From Nitrospirota bacterium (lineage in GTDB: Bacteria; Nitrospirota; Thermodesulfovibrionia; UBA6902): DNA of 33,571 nt. Position numbers and translations under genes: made by a program. Positions 7,825 through 14,688 of the stretch are shown here, piece after piece; position 1 is the stretch's first letter; each line of letters opens with the position of its first letter. Location: NCBI GenBank assembly GCA_040756635.1, contig JBFLYJ010000001.1:1-33571 (forward strand), given 5' to 3'. The notes below the pieces were generated by a model. It made no database searches and was not told the origin of the DNA. It saw nothing but the letters and a program-made list of their open reading frames with translations.

Positions 7825-8875
7825 GATCGATGCTTTTTTTAAATATATGATTGAGCATAAGGCGAGTGATTTGCATTTGAGCGCAGGGGCAAAGGCCAAA
7901 ATAAGGAAGCACGGCGAACTTGAAGAAATGGACTATCCTGAACTGACGAATGAAGCTGTTCAAAACCTCCTTTTTGAAATTACAACAGAGCAGCAGAAGG
8001 ACGCCTTCCTTGCCAAAAGAGACCTGGACTTCGCATATGAAATCCCCGGTGTCGCGCGATTCAGGGCGAACTATTTTGAGCAGAAAAGAGGGACTGGGGC
8101 CGTCTTCAGGGTCATCCCGACGAACATACTGTCAGTAGAGGAACTGAACCTGCCTCCGCAGATCCTTAAACTGACACAACTCAGCAGGGGGCTTGTCCTG
8201 GTGACGGGTCCGACAGGCAGCGGAAAGTCCACGACGCTCGCGGCAATTATTGATTACGTCAACCGGAACAGGAAAGACCACATACTGACAATCGAAGACC
8301 CGGTTGAATTTGTGCACCAGAACAAAGGCTGTCTTGTAAATCATCGTGAGATCGGCAACCATACCGAATCCTTTGCGTCGGCTCTTCGGGCTGCCCTCAG
8401 GGAAGACCCGGATGTCATTTTAGTAGGTGAAATGCGAGACCTTGAAACAATTGAGCTTGCCATAACCGCTGCAGAGACAGGGCATCTTGTCTTCGGCACA
8501 CTCCACACAAGTTCCGCGGCCAAGACAGTTGACCGTATCATAGACGCTTTCCCTGCAGGCCAGCAGGCCCAGATCAGGACAATGCTTTCGGAGTCGCTGA
8601 AGGGAGTCATATGTCAACAGCTTTTAAAGAGGATCGACCAGCCGGGACGTCTGGCCGCCCTTGAAATACTCTTTTGCAAAACAGCAATCGCAAACCTTAT
8701 CCGCGAGGGCAAGACCTTCCAGATCCCTTCCATGATACAAACGGGCAAAGGCGACGGTATGCAGCTTCTTGATCAGGCGATCATGGATTTTCTTATGAAA
8801 AAGCAGATTGCCCCTGAAGAGGCCTACCTGAAGGCAAACGACAAAAGCGCCTTTGAGAGGTTTATTAAAAAATAA
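7817..8875 (+). CDS. pilT: type IV pilus retraction ATPase PilT family
   Basis: The N-terminus ASDLHL, Walker A GPTGSGKST, Asp/His boxes and the PilT motif AIANLIREGK are present. The start overlaps the upstream stop by 8 nt. Confidence 0.9.
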   Translation: MAKIDAFFKYMIEHKASDLHLSAGAKAKIRKHGELEEMDYPELTNEAVQNLLFEITTEQQKDAFLAKRDLDFAYEIPGVARFRANYFEQKRGTGAVFRVIPTNILSVEELNLPPQILKLTQLSRGLVLVTGPTGSGKSTTLAAIIDYVNRNRKDHILTIEDPVEFVHQNKGCLVNHREIGNHTESFASALRAALREDPDVILVGEMRDLETIELAITAAETGHLVFGTLHTSSAAKTVDRIIDAFPAGQQAQIRTMLSESLKGVICQQLLKRIDQPGRLAALEILFCKTAIANLIREGKTFQIPSMIQTGKGDGMQLLDQAIMDFLMKKQIAPEEAYLKANDKSAFERFIKK

Positions 8876-9085
8876 CTCCCCTCACATCCGTCCGCAACAA
8901 ATTTATTATTCAGGTCAAACGCCTCATAACAGGCGCTTAAACCGCAGTCCAGCCTATAACAAACCCTGTCGCAATACAAGTCCCCGGCTTTCGGGTTTAA
9001 CAACATAGGTGTAATGCCTAAGATATTATCTTATAGGGTCATTAAAATTAAAATATAGACAGATAAAATCACAAAATTTAAAATT

Positions 9086-9104
9086 AATAATGATAAGCAG
9101 GTAG
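9086..9104. promoter_or_regulatory. weak Fur-box-like sequence upstream of the TonB-dependent receptor
   Basis: AATAATGATAAGCAGGTAG matches 12/19 positions of GATAATGATAATCATTATC. It lies 50 bp upstream of the ATG at 9154. Confidence 0.25.
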
Positions 9105-9153
9105 ATAATAACTACCCTTTAAATTATTTATTGTTGTAAAGCGAAATAGAACA

Positions 9154-11205
9154 ATGCTTAGAACTATCCCCCTAATTCTATTTCTTATTTCCTTGTATTC
9201 ATATTCCCTTGCGCAGGATTTTGCGGAGCTCAAATCAGAAACAGCCGAGGAACTGCTCATGTTCTTTGAAGAGGAGGAGCTTATGATCGCAACAAGAAGC
9301 GCAACACCTGTCCGAAAGGCACCCGCGATCGCAACGGTCATCACTGCCCAGGAAATACGTAACATGGGAGCCAGTAATGTAATGGACGTATTAAAGATGG
9401 TCCCAGGCATGGGAATAGCAAGAAACGAGCAGGGTTTTTTCATGCTTGAGGTAAGGGGAATCAGCACGGTCAAGTCCGAAAAGATTCTGTTGATGATCGA
9501 CGGTCATTCCCTGAATAAAAACGTTGCCGAGAGCGGCTTTTCTTACTTTGGCGATAATCTCAATATCAACAATATCAAACAGATCGAAATCATAAGAGGG
9601 CCCGGCTCCGCCCTGTACGGCGCCAACGCCTTTGTCGCAGTCATCAACATCAGTACAAAGAGTGCTGAGGATATAGACGGCGTCACAGCCACGGCCGGGG
9701 GAGGGAGCTTTGATACCCAGAAATACAACCTCCTTGCCGGCAAGACATTTGAGGACGGGTTGAGGATATTCAGCAGCATTGATTACCGGAAGACAAACGG
9801 GGCAAACCTCCGTATAGAAAAGGACAGTCTCTCGACAACCCCGTACTCAACCGCACCGGGAAATGCTGATACGCAGTTTGAAGCGGCCGATGTTTTTGTT
9901 AAAGCGACCTATAAAGACTTGACCTACAGTGGACACTATCTGGGAAATGACAGGGGGGTCTATATCGGGTTTGGAGCCGCGCTCACTGATCACAATTCCC
10001 TGGAATTGTATAATTACTGGCATGAGCTGAGTTACCGCTTTTCCGCGGTTGAGGGATTCTCTTCATTTGTAAAGATATATTTCAATCGGTTTGAACAGGA
10101 TGCAAGTATTGAACTGATGCCTGACGGCTATGCCGGATCATATCCCGATGGAATGATAGGAGGCCCGAAGGTCAAAGACAGAACAGTCGGAGGAGAGATA
10201 CAGTTTGATTATGACATTTCTGAGACAAATCATCTGCTTGCAGGTGTTGTGTATGAAGACATAAAACAATATGATGTTAAATCTATTTCGAATTTTAATC
10301 CTAATACCGGCGCATACCTTGGTTCGGTCCAGGACAGAGCATGGACCAGTTGGAACAGGGACACCAACCGGTATATATTTGCGGCCTATATACAGGATGA
10401 ATGGGGAATCCTGAATAATTTAAACCTGACCGCCGGAATACGGCACGACCGCTATAACGATTTCGGCGGTACGACCAACCCCAGGGCAGGATTAGTATGG
10501 AGTTTTCTTGAGAATGCAGATCTGAAGCTGCTTTACGGACAGGCATTCAGGGCGCCCAGTTTTACGGAGCTATATAATGATAATAACCCCTCTCTTATGG
10601 GGAACCAAGACCTTACACCTGAAAAGATAAAGACATATGAGGCAGGCCTTGGATACAGGTTTTCTGATCACTTCAGGATCGATCTGAATTATTTCTACAA
10701 TGACATCGACGATCTTATCATACGTGACAGCTCAACTTCTCCTGCAACAAATGCCAATCTTGGGGGAGCAGAGATCGACGGTGTTGAAGTCGTGCTGTCA
10801 GGGAACTATTCTCATGACAATTACTGGCAAATCACGTATTTCTGGCAGGACCCGGAAGACTCTGAAACCGGGGAGAGTATAGCATACGTGCCGCTTAACA
10901 GGGCAACTGCAGGAATTAATTATAGTTTTAATAAATATCTTAATGTGCACACCGATATACTGTGGACAGGTGAACGGTCAAGGCCGGACGGCGACACGAG
11001 GGACCCCGTGGCTTCTTACACGACAGTTGATCTTGCGTTGACCTTGAAGAACTTTTATAAGACCCTTGAGATACAGGGGACGGTACATAATTTGCTTGAC
11101 GAAGATTACGAAGATCCCGATGTATCGGGGGCGTCGAAGTATGTCCCCGGCGATTACCCGAGGGAGGGTATTTCCGGGCTGTTAAGTGTCAGGTATGAAT
11201 TTTGA
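9154..11205 (+). CDS. TonB-dependent outer-membrane receptor (paralog 1)
   Basis: It has a signal peptide ending SLAQD, a plug domain (IATRSATPVRKAPAIATVITAQEIRNMG, IEIIRGPGSALYGANAF), a beta-barrel and a terminal aromatic residue (VRYEF). Confidence 0.9.
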   Translation: MLRTIPLILFLISLYSYSLAQDFAELKSETAEELLMFFEEEELMIATRSATPVRKAPAIATVITAQEIRNMGASNVMDVLKMVPGMGIARNEQGFFMLEVRGISTVKSEKILLMIDGHSLNKNVAESGFSYFGDNLNINNIKQIEIIRGPGSALYGANAFVAVINISTKSAEDIDGVTATAGGGSFDTQKYNLLAGKTFEDGLRIFSSIDYRKTNGANLRIEKDSLSTTPYSTAPGNADTQFEAADVFVKATYKDLTYSGHYLGNDRGVYIGFGAALTDHNSLELYNYWHELSYRFSAVEGFSSFVKIYFNRFEQDASIELMPDGYAGSYPDGMIGGPKVKDRTVGGEIQFDYDISETNHLLAGVVYEDIKQYDVKSISNFNPNTGAYLGSVQDRAWTSWNRDTNRYIFAAYIQDEWGILNNLNLTAGIRHDRYNDFGGTTNPRAGLVWSFLENADLKLLYGQAFRAPSFTELYNDNNPSLMGNQDLTPEKIKTYEAGLGYRFSDHFRIDLNYFYNDIDDLIIRDSSTSPATNANLGGAEIDGVEVVLSGNYSHDNYWQITYFWQDPEDSETGESIAYVPLNRATAGINYSFNKYLNVHTDILWTGERSRPDGDTRDPVASYTTVDLALTLKNFYKTLEIQGTVHNLLDEDYEDPDVSGASKYVPGDYPREGISGLLSVRYEF

Positions 11206-11215
11206 TTGATAACCC

Positions 11216-11243
11216 GTAGGGGCGTAGCATGCTACGCCCCTAC
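11216..11243. repeat. REP-like perfect 28-bp palindrome (copy 1)
   Basis: GTAGGGGCGTAGCA/TGCTACGCCCCTAC is a perfect palindrome. It lies between the stop of receptor 1 and the start of receptor 2. Related copies occur at 14261 and 26564. Confidence 0.75.
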
Positions 11244-11291
11244 TACGATGACGGAATGTCGATAATCCTGCTGTCAACGAATGAGAACAGA

Positions 11292-13382
11292 ATGAATAAA
11301 TATTTATTTATTATTTTTATCTTATTGATTACCTGTTCAACTTCCTATGCCCAGGATCTCGCGGAACTCAAATCAGAAACAGCCGAGGAACTGCTCATGT
11401 TTTTTGAAGAGGAAGAGCTTGTTATAGCAACCCGTCATGAGACACCCGTCCGAAAGGCGCCCGCAATCGCAACGGTCATCACCGATAAAGAGATCAGGGA
11501 CATGGGGGCGAGAAATCTTGTGGACGTCCTGAAGATGGTCCCCGGTCTTGGAGTATCTATAAGTGAACAGGGATTTCATATGCTTGAGGCAAGAGGGATC
11601 AAGACTCTTTTATCCGAAAAAGTCCTTATGATGATAGACGGGCATTCTCTTAACCGGAACTTTGTAGGTTCAGCTTTCCGTCATTTTGACGATCTCCCTG
11701 TTGATAACATCAAACGAATTGAAATCGTGAGAGGCCCCGGTTCGGCGCTCTATGGAGCAAACGCCTTTGTTGCGGTCATAAATATCATCACAAAGAGCGC
11801 AGATGAAATAGACGGGCTGAGGTTGACTGCAGAGAGAGGCAGTTTTGATACGGAACGCTACAACCTGCTCGGCGGCGCATCAATCAAAGATAATTTCCGA
11901 TTAATGGGAAGCGTAGATTATTACAGGACCGACGGCGCAAAACTGAGGATAGAAGAGGACAGCACCTACGGAACGCCATGGGCCGTATCACCCGGAGACA
12001 CAGACCTGAGCAAAGAGAAAAAAGACGTATTCCTGAAAGCATCATATGGTGGTGTAACCTACAGGGGGCACTATATGACCAGGAGAGGCGGCTTCTATAT
12101 CGGGCTTGCTTCCGCCCTTACGGATGACCAGGATTATGAAATTGAATATTATTGGAACGAATTAAACTACGACCTCTCTGTGGCGAAAGGGCTTTCTGCG
12201 AACTTCAAGGTGTTTCTTGATCACTTCGAACAGCGGGGAACAATTGAATTAATGCCCGAGGGATTTCTCGTCGGGGTAATACCGGGAGGATTTCCTGACG
12301 GGCTGATAGGAGGCCCTAATCTGAAGAACGATACGTGGGGCTGTGAGGTCCAGCTGGACTACCACCTGCCGGATAATCACCACTTTATTGTCGGGGCGCT
12401 GTATGAAAAAATGAGGCAGCATCATGTAAGACGGATCTCCAATTACGCCCCCGCTACCCTGACTGTTCCCGTTCCGACACCGCTGACTGGAGGGGTACAG
12501 GATACTTCTTCTACAGTGGGGATAAACTGGAACAGGGATGCCAAGCGCGAAATATGGGCCGCGTTTGTACAGGATGAATGGGAAATAGTTGATGACCTTA
12601 GCCTCACAGCAGGCGTCCGTCATGATCATTACAGCGAATTCGGGGGCACTACAAACCCGAGGATCGGAATTGTGTGGGAAATTATGGAAGATGCCGACCT
12701 GAAGCTTCTTTACGGCAAGGCGTTCCGCGCCCCTGATTTCGCCGAGCTGTATACAGAGAACAATATACATTCCATGGGAAGTGAAGACCTCGACCCTGAA
12801 ACGATACAGACCTATGAAGCCGGCTTCAGTTTCAGTCCGGGGCCTTCGCTCTATATTGATCTGAACTATTTTTATAATGAGATTGAGAACAGGATTGACC
12901 TGGATGAGTCAGCAACTCCTTATCTTTTTACAAACGGCGGAGGCGCAGAGGTTGAAGGGATTGAGTTTGTGCTGAGAGCCCAGTACACCTCCAGCGATTA
13001 CTGGAAACTGTCCTATACATATCAGCATCCGGAGGATTCCGTCACGGGTTCAAGACTTTCAGATGTACCCCTGAACCGTGCCTCGGGAAGTATAAATTAC
13101 GGAGTTTCAAAATACCTGAATGTTCATACGGATGTGCTATGGACGGGCGAACGTTCGAGGCCCGACGGCGACACGAGGGGCCCCGTGGCATCTTACACGA
13201 CAGTTGATCTTGCATTGACATTAAAGAACTTTTATGAGACCCTTGAAATACAGGGAACAGTCTATAATCTCCTTGACGAGGACTATGAAGACCCTGATAC
13301 ATCGGGGGCCTCACAGCTTATTCCCGGAGATTATCCGAGAGAAGGGATTTCATGGATGATAAATGCGAGTTATAAATTTTGA
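11292..13382 (+). CDS. TonB-dependent outer-membrane receptor (paralog 2)
   Basis: The start is set at MNKYLFIIFILL... (signal peptide ending SYAQD). The plug and C-terminal barrel strands are nearly identical to paralog 1. The protein ends ASYKF. Confidence 0.9.
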   Translation: MNKYLFIIFILLITCSTSYAQDLAELKSETAEELLMFFEEEELVIATRHETPVRKAPAIATVITDKEIRDMGARNLVDVLKMVPGLGVSISEQGFHMLEARGIKTLLSEKVLMMIDGHSLNRNFVGSAFRHFDDLPVDNIKRIEIVRGPGSALYGANAFVAVINIITKSADEIDGLRLTAERGSFDTERYNLLGGASIKDNFRLMGSVDYYRTDGAKLRIEEDSTYGTPWAVSPGDTDLSKEKKDVFLKASYGGVTYRGHYMTRRGGFYIGLASALTDDQDYEIEYYWNELNYDLSVAKGLSANFKVFLDHFEQRGTIELMPEGFLVGVIPGGFPDGLIGGPNLKNDTWGCEVQLDYHLPDNHHFIVGALYEKMRQHHVRRISNYAPATLTVPVPTPLTGGVQDTSSTVGINWNRDAKREIWAAFVQDEWEIVDDLSLTAGVRHDHYSEFGGTTNPRIGIVWEIMEDADLKLLYGKAFRAPDFAELYTENNIHSMGSEDLDPETIQTYEAGFSFSPGPSLYIDLNYFYNEIENRIDLDESATPYLFTNGGGAEVEGIEFVLRAQYTSSDYWKLSYTYQHPEDSVTGSRLSDVPLNRASGSINYGVSKYLNVHTDVLWTGERSRPDGDTRGPVASYTTVDLALTLKNFYETLEIQGTVYNLLDEDYEDPDTSGASQLIPGDYPREGISWMINASYKF

Positions 13383-13422
13383 TTTGAAACCGGAATTATG
13401 ATAACTGCTGGTCCATCCCCGT

Positions 13423-14109
13423 CTATCTCAATCCCCTCAGCAGACCCAGGCTTTCATTGATCTTTTCAATCTCGTTTATTTCGAGTATGATGCTGATATC
13501 GGATTTCACGTTAAGCAGTTCCCTCAGAGCGTTAAGTTCCCTGCATCCGGGGGCCAAAGGCCAGTGGTCGGTGATACCCCCCCTCAGGCCGTTGTTCCTG
13601 TGGATATGAACAAAGCGGAGCTTTTCGATGACGGTCTCATCAAGGGACTGCACAAAGTCGACGGAGTCCAGCCCGGATGATTCTACGTGCCCGATATCGA
13701 GAGTGACCGAGTCCGCAAAATTGTTCCAGAACCAGTGAATGTCCCGGGTATTTGTGGAGTTTTCGAGGGAGACTTCTGTCACCTCCCTGAGTCTGTCGAG
13801 AGATTTTCTGAACATGCTTTCGGATTCTCCTGAAAGACGGCTGCCGTCGGGAGATTTCTCGTCGTGTAAAATCAGCGCGAGGTCCGCCAGCTCCGCCATT
13901 TCAAGAAGCTCACCAAATGTGTCCTGCTGCAAGAGAGAATACTTGACCGGATGTATCACGAAACGGACGCCGGCGTCTTTGCAGACGCGCACGCACTTTC
14001 TCATAAAATCAAGGCCGCCTTCCATGCCGCGGTATACTGATATCTGCAGCAGGTCAGCATCCCAGTAGTCTACCTCTTCCGGATAAAGCACCCGAGTTCC
14101 TATAAGCAT
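13423..14109 (-). CDS. xylose-isomerase-like TIM-barrel (sugar phosphate isomerase/epimerase family) protein
   Basis: It shows the pattern of conserved acidic/His residues typical of the AP-endonuclease-2/XylA-like TIM barrel (FVIHP..., LILHDE, SLENS, LDIGH, VHIHRN, ILEIN). The call is at family level only. Confidence 0.55.
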   Translation of the reverse strand: MLIGTRVLYPEEVDYWDADLLQISVYRGMEGGLDFMRKCVRVCKDAGVRFVIHPVKYSLLQQDTFGELLEMAELADLALILHDEKSPDGSRLSGESESMFRKSLDRLREVTEVSLENSTNTRDIHWFWNNFADSVTLDIGHVESSGLDSVDFVQSLDETVIEKLRFVHIHRNNGLRGGITDHWPLAPGCRELNALRELLNVKSDISIILEINEIEKINESLGLLRGLR

Positions 14110-14260
14110 AGTTTTATTTTAAACCATGAGAGGGCAAAAGTGGGCCGGACGGGGAAACTCTCATCTCAAGAACATGTCATTGCGAATCCTGCCGCCTGTT
14201 CATAAGAAGTGAGGATAATGATATCGCATATATCGAAGATGTTCAATGGATTGTAAGCAT

Positions 14261-14288
14261 GTAGGGGCGTAGCATGCTACGCCCCTGC
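14261..14288. repeat. REP-like palindrome (copy 2)
   Basis: GTAGGGGCGTAGCATGCTACGCCCCTGC is identical to copy 1 except at the second-to-last base. It lies between the selenoprotein gene and the TIM-barrel gene. Confidence 0.75.
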
Positions 14289-14352
14289 TTTCGCGCTGAT
14301 AGAACAGTTGCAACGAGGCGGAGCCTGTCTATTAAGATCCCCAGTCCTGTTA

Positions 14353-14574
14353 TTAAATTTCATTTATTATTTTTATGATTTCGCTTTCATCCGGGAAAAC
14401 ACCGGTCTTTTGTTTTGAGTAAATCAATTTTCCATCCACAGCGATATCGAAGATCCCACTGCTGCCTTCGATTAGTTTCGCTTCAATGTCACATGTTTCC
14501 TTTATCTTCGCTGCCAGGCCGGCAGCTTTCTGCAGAAAGTTTCAGGGGACACAATAAGTAATAGTTATTTTCAT
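14353..14574 (-). CDS. SelW/SelT/Rdx-family selenoprotein (73 aa) with in-frame TGA = selenocysteine at codon 11
   Basis: My own translation is MKITITYCVP-U-NFLQKAAGLAAKIKETCDIEAKLIEGSSGIFDIAVDGKLIYSKQKTGVFPDESEIIKIINEI. The CxxU redox motif and the ...G.F.I..DG.LI.SK...G.FP pattern are typical of the Rdx fold. AGGAG sits 8 nt upstream of the ATG. The TGA is at 14544-14542. The gene is absent from the ORF track because of the TGA. Confidence 0.8.
14510..14526 (-). promoter_or_regulatory. candidate bacterial SECIS hairpin
   Basis: On the mRNA, the hairpin GCUGCC-GGCCU-GGCAGC starts 15 nt after the UGA, and its apical loop lies about 21-25 nt after the UGA. I remember this distance as being in the range used by bacterial SECIS models. 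Confidence 0.45.
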
Positions 14575-14600
14575 AGTATATTCTCCTTTATATGAATGTA

Positions 14601-14655
14601 TGGAGTCAGGTCTCCATTTATCACTGTACAACTGTAGAATGGAGACATGACTCCA
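14601..14655. repeat. strong 18-bp-stem hairpin between the helicase gene end and the selenoprotein gene start (left edge of the defence island)
   Basis: TGGAGTCAGGTCTCCATT (14601-14618) pairs with AATGGAGACATGACTCCA (14638-14655) at 17/18 positions, over a 19-nt loop. No T run follows on either strand. Confidence 0.6.
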
Positions 14656-14688
14656 ATTATAACTTCTATACTCAGTACAGATAGAAGG

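Noticed and set aside
11229-11291. N-terminal extension MLRPYYDDGMSIILLSTNENR of the second TonB-dependent receptor, as given in the ORF track
   Set aside because: The first codons are read out of the REP palindrome (11216-11243). The signal peptide and the homology to paralog 1 begin at the ATG at 11292.
12249-12770. 173-aa minus-strand ORF inside TonB-dependent receptor 2
   Set aside because: It is antisense to a confidently identified receptor gene and has no recognisable motif.
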